IMG/VR virus record: IMGVR_UViG_2667527228_000001
Coordinates: 23,736-87,735 of that record
Length of the DNA: 64,000 bases
Direction: 5' to 3' (one strand)
DNA from: a virus
Taxonomy: Duplodnaviria > Caudoviricetes
The notes beneath the pieces were generated by a model. The model was not told the origin of the DNA. It ran no database searches and saw nothing but the letters and a program-made list of their open reading frames with translations. This document shows, in pieces, positions 45,714 to 54,587 of the stretch. Position 1 is the first letter of the stretch, and the number at the start of each line of letters is the position of its first letter. Both the position numbers and the translations under genes were made by a program.

Positions 45714-46912
45714 GCGAAGTAAAGGAACTGAAGGACTCGTTGGAGCTGCAGCTGAAAAGCGGCTTCGAAGGGCTTCAAAAGAAGTACGACGCAGCCATTG
45801 CTGAAGTCGAGAAAGGCAACAAGGTCACCACTGATCTGAAAAGCCAAATCGATAATCAGAAGGGCGAGCTGCAACGTGTCATCGACCAAGTCCAGGACCT
45901 GGAGCAAAAGGGGGTCAAGCTGCGGGGGCTGCCAGGCGAGGGCAAGAGCTTCATCGACCTCGTCAACGGTCATGAAAACTACAAGGGCCTGCAGCAGAAG
46001 AGCGTCAGCACCGCCGAGATCGAAGTGACGAAGTCCGACCTGGCCAGCATGAAGGAAATGAAAGTCTCCAGTGCCGGCATTGTCGCCCCTACCTACGATC
46101 CGGTGATCCAGCCTGGTATTCGCCAGGAGCTACGCATCCGCGACCTGCTGACCACAATTCCGGTCACCGGGCAAAACTACACCTACTTCCGTGAAAACGT
46201 GCACACCCGAGGTGCGGCGCCGGTCGCGGAAGGTGGCTTGAAGCCCACCAGCAACGTGACCTTCACCACCGAAACCGACCGCGTGAAGAAGATCGCGGTC
46301 TGGATGCCGGCCACGGACGAGGTGCTGTCCGACGTGCCGCAAATGTTCGCCTATCTGCAGCAGCTTCTGCGTTACGACCTGAAGCTCGAAGAGGAAGCGC
46401 AGATCCTCAAGGGTGACGGTACTGGCGAAAACCTGAATGGTTTGATGACCCAGGCGACGAGCTATGACGCCCGCCTGAGCAAGGCAGGTGACACCGCTAT
46501 CGACCTAGTGCGGCGTGCGATCTACCAAGTGCGCAAGCAGTCGAAAATGTCCGCCGATGGCGTGACCATGACTGAACTTGACTGGATGAACATCGAACTG
46601 CAGAAGGATGGCGAGAATCGCTATCTGTTCGCCAACCTGCAGGGCCTGGTCACCCCAATCCTGTGGGGGCGTCCAGTCATCACCTCGGACAGCATGGACG
46701 AAGGCGACGAAGACACTGGTGGCGAATTCCTGGTGGCCAACTTCGCTCGTTCGACAACCCTGTTCGACCGCATGTCGTTCCAGTTCAAGATGGGTTTGAT
46801 CAACGATCAGTTCATCCGAAACGAGGTTGCCCTTCTGGTCGAAGAGCGCTTGGGCCTCGGTGTACGCCGTAAGGAAGCGCTGGTCAAAGGCCGGTTCCCA
46901 ACCGCGCCGTAA
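45710..46912 (+). CDS. Major capsid protein (HK97 fold)
   Basis: Coiled delta domain; ILKGDGTGENLNGL; LWGRPV. Confidence 0.93.
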   Translation: MSEVKELKDSLELQLKSGFEGLQKKYDAAIAEVEKGNKVTTDLKSQIDNQKGELQRVIDQVQDLEQKGVKLRGLPGEGKSFIDLVNGHENYKGLQQKSVSTAEIEVTKSDLASMKEMKVSSAGIVAPTYDPVIQPGIRQELRIRDLLTTIPVTGQNYTYFRENVHTRGAAPVAEGGLKPTSNVTFTTETDRVKKIAVWMPATDEVLSDVPQMFAYLQQLLRYDLKLEEEAQILKGDGTGENLNGLMTQATSYDARLSKAGDTAIDLVRRAIYQVRKQSKMSADGVTMTELDWMNIELQKDGENRYLFANLQGLVTPILWGRPVITSDSMDEGDEDTGGEFLVANFARSTTLFDRMSFQFKMGLINDQFIRNEVALLVEERLGLGVRRKEALVKGRFPTAP

Positions 46913-46964
46913 CCCACCCCACGAAGGCCGGCGCATCGCCGGCCTTTGCGTATCAGGAGGCAGC

Positions 46965-47183
46965 ATGAAAATCAAAATTCTGTGGGGCTTTGTCGGCAAT
47001 GGGCAACTGTTGGGAGCCGACTCGAACAAAGTGAAAGCCGGGGCGGTTTTCGAGGAACCAGATGACGAATATGCCCACACGTTAATCGGGAAGGGGCTCG
47101 CCGTCGAACTCGACGCCAATGGCAAGCCTCGTGTAGCGAAGCCAAAAAACACCAAGCCGGCTGAACCGTCCGAGGACAAGTAA
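46965..47183 (+). CDS. Small virion-region hypothetical protein
   Basis: RBS AGGAGG; LIGKGLA motif. Confidence 0.65.
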   Translation: MKIKILWGFVGNGQLLGADSNKVKAGAVFEEPDDEYAHTLIGKGLAVELDANGKPRVAKPKNTKPAEPSEDK

Positions 47184-47483
47184 ATGATCGACTTGGCCAA
47201 CGTGAAGATGCACCTGCGGGTCGACGGCGATGAAGAAGACGCCCTGATTGGCGGTTACATCGAGGCGGCCAAGGCCCACGTCGAGCAACACTGTGACCGA
47301 AAGCTTGTTGATGGCGACCCGGCTGAACCAGCAGAGATGGGCCTGACACGGGATGTCGAGCAGGCCATTCTGCTGCTGGTCGGTCACTGGTACGCCAACC
47401 GCGAGGCGGTCGCCGTCGGCACCATCGCCACTGCCATGCCCCTCGCAGTCGAACGGCTGCTCTGGTACAGGAAGCAATTCTGA
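47184..47483 (+). CDS. Head-tail connector (gp6-like)
   Basis: KMHLRVD, AILLLVGHWYANRE. Confidence 0.9.
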   Translation: MIDLANVKMHLRVDGDEEDALIGGYIEAAKAHVEQHCDRKLVDGDPAEPAEMGLTRDVEQAILLLVGHWYANREAVAVGTIATAMPLAVERLLWYRKQF

Positions 47484-47815
47484 TGAGAGCCGGCCCACTG
47501 CGTCACCGATGTGCGCTCCAAGAGGCGGTTCGAGTGAAAAATCGAACCGGTGGCTTCGATGTGACATGGACAGAAATCGGCAAACCGTGGGCGGAGATCA
47601 CTCTACCCACCGGACGCATCGCACCCGTTGCCGAACAGCTCTCAGCGCTTGTCACTGTCGAAATCCGTATCCGCCCAAGGGCCGACGCGGTAGCCGGTAA
47701 CCGGATGGTCCATACCGAGAAGGGCATGACCAGCACTTACCTGATCGAAGCCGCGTTGCTCAACAACGAGCGGGACATGCTCCGTCTGCTCTGCTCAAAC
47801 GTCCCCAATCCATAG
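47483..47815 (+). CDS. Head closure protein
   Basis: MRAGPLRHR N-terminus. Confidence 0.85.
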   Translation: MRAGPLRHRCALQEAVRVKNRTGGFDVTWTEIGKPWAEITLPTGRIAPVAEQLSALVTVEIRIRPRADAVAGNRMVHTEKGMTSTYLIEAALLNNERDMLRLLCSNVPNP

Positions 47816-47824
47816 AGGTGAACC

Positions 47825-47995
47825 ATGAAAGTAACTGCCCTGGGCAATTTGTCCGGCGCCACTGGTGACCGGGAGAAAGGTGAGGAATTCACCGTTGATG
47901 CCAAACTTGGTGAGGAGTTGGTTTTGCGCAAGCTGGTTGTGCCCGTTGCCGAAACCGCTGCCCCCGCTGAAAAACCGGCCAAGGCCAAGGAGTAA
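47825..47995 (+). CDS. 56-aa hypothetical protein (below ORF-track cutoff)
   Basis: RBS GAGG; MKVTALGNLSG...KGEEFTVD...AKE*; fills the gap. Confidence 0.65.
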   Translation: MKVTALGNLSGATGDREKGEEFTVDAKLGEELVLRKLVVPVAETAAPAEKPAKAKE

Positions 47996-47998
47996 TCC

Positions 47999-48577
47999 AT
48001 GGCGGCCCGCCGCTCCCGGATGTCGGGAGACTTCAAGCTTCGACGGACGCTGCGCAACATCCACACGACGATGGATAACGAGTTGGTCGGTGTCATGCAG
48101 CAGAGCGCAGACCGGGTCCTGGCCACGATGCGGCAGCTCATCCCCAAAGATACCGGTGCGGCATCGGCAGCCCTGAAGGTGTTCGTTTCCAAGAGCGGCC
48201 TGAACGCCGAAATAGGCATTCGAGGCAAGCGCGATAACGAGCGGTTTTTCTACCTGCGCTTCCTGGAGTACGGCACCAAGGGTTACAGCGGCACCCTGTA
48301 TCGGCGGGCTGATCGAAACTCCATCGGTGGTGAGCACACCAACAACCGCGACAAATCGAAGCTGTCCGGACGTCGCAACGTGTTGCGTGCGCGGGACACC
48401 AAGAACAAATCGGACGGTGCACACTTTTTTGGCAAGTACCCGGATATTCCGGCCCGGCCGGCTCATCCCTGGCTTCGTCCTGCCAAGGATGTGAACCGGG
48501 AGTTTGTGCTGGCGAACATACGTGCAGCGGTTGCCGAAACGCTGCGTAAAGCGAGCGAGGGCTTGAGCAATGGCTGA
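47999..48577 (+). CDS. HK97 gp10-like tail completion protein
   Basis: PKDTG, FLEYGT, PAHPWLRPA. Confidence 0.87.
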   Translation: MAARRSRMSGDFKLRRTLRNIHTTMDNELVGVMQQSADRVLATMRQLIPKDTGAASAALKVFVSKSGLNAEIGIRGKRDNERFFYLRFLEYGTKGYSGTLYRRADRNSIGGEHTNNRDKSKLSGRRNVLRARDTKNKSDGAHFFGKYPDIPARPAHPWLRPAKDVNREFVLANIRAAVAETLRKASEGLSNG

Positions 48578-48956
48578 TCCGTCTGTTGCATTGCAGGAGG
48601 CCTTGCTTGAAAGGCTCGAGGCTGAGGTGTCATGCCCGGTCTACGACGGCGCACCGATGGACTCGGATATGCCATATGTCTCGATTGATCGGGAGATCTC
48701 CAACAACATCTCGCCCATCGCCGGCAGAAAGCGGCAGCAACGCCTGATTTACCTGTCTGTTTGGTCTGACGCCCATGGCCAGGCTGAAGTGAAGCGAATC
48801 CTCGGTGAGGTCGTAGCCGCTCTGGACGAGCGCCGACTACCGCTCGCGGTTGGCCGAGCCGTATCGGTCAGGGTCGAGCAGGCTGATGCCCAGCGCGATG
48901 CTGACGGTGTCACCTACCAAGGCTCGATCACGGTCCGCGTCATCACCACTCACTAA
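48570..48956 (+). CDS. Tail terminator (DUF3168-like)
   Basis: VYDGAP...PYV, LSVWS motifs. Confidence 0.82.
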   Translation: MADPSVALQEALLERLEAEVSCPVYDGAPMDSDMPYVSIDREISNNISPIAGRKRQQRLIYLSVWSDAHGQAEVKRILGEVVAALDERRLPLAVGRAVSVRVEQADAQRDADGVTYQGSITVRVITTH

Positions 48957-49011
48957 ATCCACACACCGGCCGCTCTGCGGCTTTATCCAATGTGCCTTTG
49001 GAGGATCCCTC

Positions 49012-49512
49012 ATGGCCGATGACAACCTCAACACAGCCGCCGGCTGCCGATTTTCAATCGGTACGAAGTCCGGCGCAGACACCGAAGCGCTCTACAAGGC
49101 CGACGTCTATGTCGAAGTCGGCGAGATCGAAGACCTGGGCGAGTTCGGCGACACCTTCAGTTCGGTGACTTTCACGTCCCTGCGTGATGGTCGGGTGCGT
49201 AAATACAAGGGCACCGCTGATGCCGGCGACTTGACCCTGACCGTGGGCCTGGATAACGGCGACGCTGGCCAGGCGTCGCTGAAGGTAGCGCACAAGGACC
49301 GCAGCAAGGGTGATTACAACATCAAGATCACCCTCAATGACGGTGACACCGATGCGGTCCCGCCAGTCCTGCCGACCACGTTCTACATGCGCGGCAAGGT
49401 CATGAACAACACCGTCGCCGCAGGCGCCGCTGACAACGTGGTGCGCCGCAATGTCACGATCGGCATCAACTCCGACATCCTGGAAGTTCTCCCGGCGCCG
49501 GTCACCCCTTAA
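49012..49512 (+). CDS. Major tail (tube) protein
   Basis: GEFGD...RKYKGTADAG motif. Confidence 0.85.
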   Translation: MADDNLNTAAGCRFSIGTKSGADTEALYKADVYVEVGEIEDLGEFGDTFSSVTFTSLRDGRVRKYKGTADAGDLTLTVGLDNGDAGQASLKVAHKDRSKGDYNIKITLNDGDTDAVPPVLPTTFYMRGKVMNNTVAAGAADNVVRRNVTIGINSDILEVLPAPVTP

Positions 49513-49552
49513 CCTGCGGGGCTTCGGCCCCGCGTCCAAAGGATCATCTCCC

Positions 49553-49882
49553 ATGAATCAAACGCTTTATGGCACCGTCCAGATCGATCTGGATGGTGAG
49601 GCGTACACCCTGAAGCCCACGCTTGGCGCGGTACGGGCCATCGAGTCTCATTTCGGTGGGCTGCGCGGCGCGTCCCAAGCGATCAATGCGCTGAGTGTCG
49701 ATGGTTGCGCGGTCATCATCGCCAGCGGTGCCGGGCTGACCGGCAAGGCCGCTGAGGGGGTCGCGGAGCAGGTTTGGCAGACCGGCGTCCTCAAAGTCTC
49801 GGTACAGCTGAACGCTTACCTTGTCGCGCTTTACAACCCGAAGGGTCCGGATTCGGGAAAGGATCAGCCAGCGGCGGCGTAA
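49553..49882 (+). CDS. Tail assembly chaperone G; -1 frameshift gives GT ending at 50130
   Basis: G GGA AAG slippery heptamer 49855-49861 into ORF 49774..50130. Confidence 0.85.
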   Translation: MNQTLYGTVQIDLDGEAYTLKPTLGAVRAIESHFGGLRGASQAINALSVDGCAVIIASGAGLTGKAAEGVAEQVWQTGVLKVSVQLNAYLVALYNPKGPDSGKDQPAAA

Positions 49883-50187
49883 GTGCAGTAGAGGACGGCA
49901 GCTACGTTGATCGGCTGTACTCGATAGCCGTTGGCTGGCTTGGATGGCCGCCCGACCTCGCTTGGCGAACACCGCTGCCGGAGTTGTTCTTGGCAGTAGA
50001 CGCACGTATTGAGTGGGCACAAATGACAAACCCCTTCGGTACCAAGGGAGGGGTTCAGAAGGAAAAACCCAAGCCTTCGACTGTTGCCGAGAAGCTGCGG
50101 CAAGTGCTAACAGGCAAGCGTGCAGCTTGAGTCGTGTCTCGACTGAAACGAACAGTCCGAATTCATAGATGCAGTAATGATTGTGCG

Positions 50188-50214
50188 AAGCCCGGCCAAG
50201 CGCTGGGCTTTTTT
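50188..50214 (+). terminator. Terminator-like hairpin before tape measure gene
   Basis: AAGCCCGGC-CAAGC-GCTGGGCTTTTTT. Confidence 0.72.
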
Positions 50215-50230
50215 GTGCCCGGAGAAACGC

Positions 50231-53200
50231 ATGGCAGACACCGATGTTCAGGGGATGTTGGTTCGCATCGAGGCGACCACTGCGCAACTGCGGCAGGAAA
50301 TGGCCCGTGCTGACTCCAGCGTTTCGCAGGCCTCAGGAAAAATCGACAAAAGCCTTGGTCGTGTGGATGAGGCGTTCGACCGTGCCGGAGACAGCGCTCA
50401 GGACGCTGCCGGGCTGATTAAGGGTGCACTGGCAGCAGCAGTCGGCGCGGCCTCCATCAGCAAGATCATTGCGACAGCCGACTCCTTCGGGCAAATGTCA
50501 GACCGGATCGGCATGGCCACCGGTAGCGTGGGCGAATACAACGAAGTCCAGGACCGCTTGCTGGAGACCGCTCAGCGAACCTACCGTCCATTAAGTGAAG
50601 CCCAGGAGCTGTACATCAGGACAGCGGACAGCTTGAAGTCCATGGGTTACAACACCGGCCAAGCGCTGGATGTAATGGACAGTTTTAGCTTTCTGCTGGT
50701 GACCAACTCAGCGACGGCCGACAAGGCGAGCTCCGCGATCGATGCCTACTCGAAGGCGCTTCAGACCGGTAAGGTCGAGGCGGATGGCTGGCAATCGATT
50801 CTTGCCGCGATGCCGAGCGTGGTCGACACCATTGCCAAGGCAACAGGCCAATCTGCTGAAGAAATTCGCAGTCTTGGCGCCCAGGGTAAGCTGAGCCTCG
50901 ATGTGCTGACCGAAGGCTTGCAAAAGTCTGCCGTTGCGAATGGCGTTCTGGCCGACAGCATGAGCGTGTCGGTGCATGATGCACTGCAAAGTCTGTCGAA
51001 TGCCTTTGGCGTGTACATCAATCACCTGAATGAAACCAGCGACTTCACCGGCGTGCTGGCTAGCGGGATCGTCGGGCTGGGTGAGAATCTGGGAACGTTG
51101 GCCGATGTCGCCATTGTCGCCGCCATTGCAGCCCTCACTCGTTACGGTGCCAGCGCTGTTGGTTCCGCCGCGCTCGCGGCGCGTTCCGCGTACAAGGACG
51201 TCGTCGCACGGAAGGCCCAGGCAATCGCCGTCTTGTTGGCGGCACAAGCTGAACAACAGAAAGCACAAACCACGGTCTTTCTGGCAGAAAAGGAAGCCAT
51301 TGCAGCCCGCGGGACCGCCGTACAGACGCAGATGTCGTTGCAACTCGCCGAAGCCAGAATGGTCGAGACACGGGCAACCAACGCAGTAGCAGCCGCTCAG
51401 CAGGGCGTCAGCCGAGCCGGTGTCAGTTTGCTTGGCATATTGGGTGGGCCGGTCGGTGTGGCCACGCTCGCCCTCGGCGCCGCGACCGCCTTCCTGACGC
51501 TTCGCGACAACAGCAGTGTTCTGGAGCAGAAGCTTGGGGACCTCAGTGACCCACTCGATACGCTGACCGAGCGCTTCAACAAACTCAACCGGGCTACCCA
51601 GTCGGTCACGTTGCGCGAGCTGCGTGCCGAAGTCGATAGCACCCAGCAGAAGCTGGGCCAGATGGCAGAAGGGATCGCCGACAAGTTCGAAAACGACCTG
51701 CGCAACATGGGCGCGGCCGGTGCTGACGGCTTGATGGCGGGGCTGGTACCGCTGCCGGCATCAGCTCAAGCGGCTTTGGAGTTGGTGCGCCAAGCATCGA
51801 AAGACCAGGCGTCCGGCATTGCGGTTGATTGGAAAAATGTTGCTGATCGGCTGCGAGAGTATCCAGAAGTCACAGAGGAAATGGCCAGGGCCGTGGAGTC
51901 TGGCCAGATCAAAGTTTCTGATCTGAGCGCGGTGCTGAAAAAGCAGCAGGACACGGTTGCCGAGCTCACCGGTGTAGTTGATGAAAACACACGGGCTGAG
52001 CGTGAGAACGCCGCTGCCAAGGCGAAGGCCGCCGGCATCGGTCAGGCCTACCTCGATCAGTTGCAAAAGCAATTGGCCGCGGCCCAGGACAAAACGGCAC
52101 TGGAAGCCGCCAACCGGTTCATCGCCGAGAACAAAGACCTCACCGAAGGGATGGTCGTAGCCATTCGTTCGGCTGCCGCTGCTAAGGACGCGCAGAAGGC
52201 GTCCGACGACGCGGCAACCAAGGCCACGAAAAAGAACACCAGCGAGACGGAATCGGCCGCCAAACTTCAGTTGAAGGCGTTCGAGTCGACCGAGGAAGGC
52301 TACAAACGCCAGATCGAGCTGATCAACACCACCGGCGACAAGCAGAAGGATGCCACCGAGGTCGCGAAGCTTTCGTTTGAACTTCAGGAAGGCAAGCTCG
52401 GCAAACTGTCTGAGGCACAGAAAAAACGCCTGCTGGGCATGGCCGCCGAACTTGATGCGCTGAACAAAATCAAGAAGGCGAACGAGGACGAGCTGAAGCT
52501 GACGGCCTTCAAAAATGCCCAGGCTGTCGGCACGCAAACCGCACAGGACGGATTTGACCAGGACCTGGCCGGCATCGGCCTGGGTGACAAAGCCCGGGAT
52601 CGGATGCGGGCTGACCTGGCCCTTCGGCAGAAATACGCCACCGACCTGGCCAGCTTGAACGAGCAACGCAACACCGGGCAGATTTCGCCTGAGCTGTACG
52701 CCAATGAAACCACCGTGCTGGAAGAGGAACTGGCCAAACGCCTGTTGGCTCAGCAGAGCTATTACACCCAGCTCGATGAATACCAATCGAACTGGATGAA
52801 TGGTGTCAACGAAGCCTGGGCCAATTACGCCGATGCGGCACAGAACTCCATGCAGATTGCCTCCGACTTCACCGCGGGCACTCTGGGCAGTGCGCGGAGT
52901 GAGCTGGGCAACTTCTTTTCGGACGTGGCCACCGGGGCCAAAGATGCTGACGATGCATTTGGCGACATGGTGGGCAACTTCGCCAAGTCGCTGGTCAATG
53001 CGCTGGCGGACATGGCGGCACAGTGGCTGATTTATCAAGGCGTGCAGATGCTGGTGGGCAAGACCACACAAGTCAGTGCGGCCGCAACCATGGGCGCCAA
53101 TGCTCAGGCAACGGCGTTGCAGGCTGGTCTAGCTGCGTTCGCGTCGACGGCCGCGATCCCCATCGTTGGTCCTGTGCTGGCTCCCGCTGCCATGGCGACG

Positions 53201-53662
53201 GCGCTGTCTATCACCAGCCCGCTTGCGGCTGCCGTGGGCATGACCGCCATGGCGGGTGCTGGCTTCATGGAGGGCGGCTACACCGGCAACGGTCGGCGCG
53301 ATGAAATTGCCGGTCCTGTTCACCGCGGTGAGTACGTTTTCGATGCTGAAGCCACCGCGCGCATCGGCGTGGGCAAGTTGGAGGCGTTGAGCGATGGCAG
53401 AACGTCGATGATCGGCCAACAGGGTGCTGCGCTCGTTACCGGCTCTCAAGGCGGTGGCCAGGGCAGCAATGACAGCGGCATGAACGTCGAGATCCACAAC
53501 TATGGTGCAAGTCAGGTCCAGACCAGGCGCGGTGACAAAGGGCAACTGCAGGTCATCATCGACGCCGTGCGCGAGGACTTCCAGCAAGGCGTGGCTTCCG
53601 GTGACTCGCCGTATTCCCGGGCAATCGAAGGCACCTATCACGGGATGAGGAGGGGGGCATGA
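50231..53662 (+). CDS. Tape measure protein
   Basis: About 1140 aa, Ala-rich helical; GGYTG...AGPVHRGEYV near C-terminus. Confidence 0.92.
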   Translation: MADTDVQGMLVRIEATTAQLRQEMARADSSVSQASGKIDKSLGRVDEAFDRAGDSAQDAAGLIKGALAAAVGAASISKIIATADSFGQMSDRIGMATGSVGEYNEVQDRLLETAQRTYRPLSEAQELYIRTADSLKSMGYNTGQALDVMDSFSFLLVTNSATADKASSAIDAYSKALQTGKVEADGWQSILAAMPSVVDTIAKATGQSAEEIRSLGAQGKLSLDVLTEGLQKSAVANGVLADSMSVSVHDALQSLSNAFGVYINHLNETSDFTGVLASGIVGLGENLGTLADVAIVAAIAALTRYGASAVGSAALAARSAYKDVVARKAQAIAVLLAAQAEQQKAQTTVFLAEKEAIAARGTAVQTQMSLQLAEARMVETRATNAVAAAQQGVSRAGVSLLGILGGPVGVATLALGAATAFLTLRDNSSVLEQKLGDLSDPLDTLTERFNKLNRATQSVTLRELRAEVDSTQQKLGQMAEGIADKFENDLRNMGAAGADGLMAGLVPLPASAQAALELVRQASKDQASGIAVDWKNVADRLREYPEVTEEMARAVESGQIKVSDLSAVLKKQQDTVAELTGVVDENTRAERENAAAKAKAAGIGQAYLDQLQKQLAAAQDKTALEAANRFIAENKDLTEGMVVAIRSAAAAKDAQKASDDAATKATKKNTSETESAAKLQLKAFESTEEGYKRQIELINTTGDKQKDATEVAKLSFELQEGKLGKLSEAQKKRLLGMAAELDALNKIKKANEDELKLTAFKNAQAVGTQTAQDGFDQDLAGIGLGDKARDRMRADLALRQKYATDLASLNEQRNTGQISPELYANETTVLEEELAKRLLAQQSYYTQLDEYQSNWMNGVNEAWANYADAAQNSMQIASDFTAGTLGSARSELGNFFSDVATGAKDADDAFGDMVGNFAKSLVNALADMAAQWLIYQGVQMLVGKTTQVSAAATMGANAQATALQAGLAAFASTAAIPIVGPVLAPAAMATALSITSPLAAAVGMTAMAGAGFMEGGYTGNGRRDEIAGPVHRGEYVFDAEATARIGVGKLEALSDGRTSMIGQQGAALVTGSQGGGQGSNDSGMNVEIHNYGASQVQTRRGDKGQLQVIIDAVREDFQQGVASGDSPYSRAIEGTYHGMRRGA

Positions 53663-54141
53663 GTATCATCGAGCGGGTGTATGCCTCAGGTGGTGACGTG
53701 ATCATCGACACCTTCGAACTCACCTGTCCGGCCTGGTCGGAACCGGTGCTGATCTGTGGTGGTTTTGATGATCATGCCTGCCGCACCGAGGACGGCCGCA
53801 TTCTGACGTTCTTGGCGGCCGGCATTGATGTTTCGTTGCCCAGGAAGAGCAACAGTGCCAGCCAGACGCTGAACTTTGCGATCGATAACGTCATCGGCGA
53901 GGCCCAGCAAAAAATGGATCAGGCCAAGGCGGCGGGGCAACAGATCAACCAGACCTATCGCCGTTACCTGGCGAGCGATCTGTCCGCACCCGCCGAGCCC
54001 CCTTATCGAATGACTGCCCTCGGTGCGTCGATTGAGGGCACGACGGTGCAGATCAGCGCCGGATATGCCGATCTGATCAATCGGGCGTTCCCTCGCGACA
54101 AGCTCACCACACTCAATGCCCCGTGCATGAAGTACCTGTAG
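53659..54141 (+). CDS. Tail tip protein (DUF1833/gpL-like)
   Basis: LNFAIDNV, YRRYLASDLSAP. Confidence 0.78.
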   Translation: MSIIERVYASGGDVIIDTFELTCPAWSEPVLICGGFDDHACRTEDGRILTFLAAGIDVSLPRKSNSASQTLNFAIDNVIGEAQQKMDQAKAAGQQINQTYRRYLASDLSAPAEPPYRMTALGASIEGTTVQISAGYADLINRAFPRDKLTTLNAPCMKYL

Positions 54142-54152
54142 CGGACCAAACC

Positions 54153-54587
54153 ATGCTCACCAAATACCTACTTGCCCCCTACAAAGACGGCGGACGGGGT
54201 CCGGCTGCCTTCGATTGCTGGGGGCTGTGCATCGCTGTGCGACATGAGGTGTTCGGCTTGCCGTTGCTGCCGGAACTGGGCGGCGTTGGCAGAAGCAAAC
54301 CGAGGGAGTGCACCCAGGCGTATCGCATGCTTTCTCAGGTCATGGAGGTCTGTGAGCCGGAACCTGGTGCCATCGCTGCGGTGTTCCGCGGTGAGCTGTG
54401 CATTCACGTCGGCGTGGTGATCAACGCCGATGATCGCCTCGCCGTGCTGGAGACCAACCCGGGCGCCGGCGCCCGCTGGTTGCGTATTTCCGACTTCAAC
54501 GCCACCTACCTAAAGGTTGTTTACTATCGTGATCAGCGTATTCCCGAACAAGCTGGACGGCGTTGCCTTCGAAACCCACAAGACTGA
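54153..54587 (+). CDS. NlpC/P60 tail assembly protein (gpK-like)
   Basis: GRG...DCWGL, HVGV. Confidence 0.85.
   Translation: MLTKYLLAPYKDGGRGPAAFDCWGLCIAVRHEVFGLPLLPELGGVGRSKPRECTQAYRMLSQVMEVCEPEPGAIAAVFRGELCIHVGVVINADDRLAVLETNPGAGARWLRISDFNATYLKVVYYRDQRIPEQAGRRCLRNPQD

Noticed and set aside
42168-53071. Long minus-strand ORFs (42168..43346, 51761..53071)
   Set aside because: Shadows of terL and the tape measure gene
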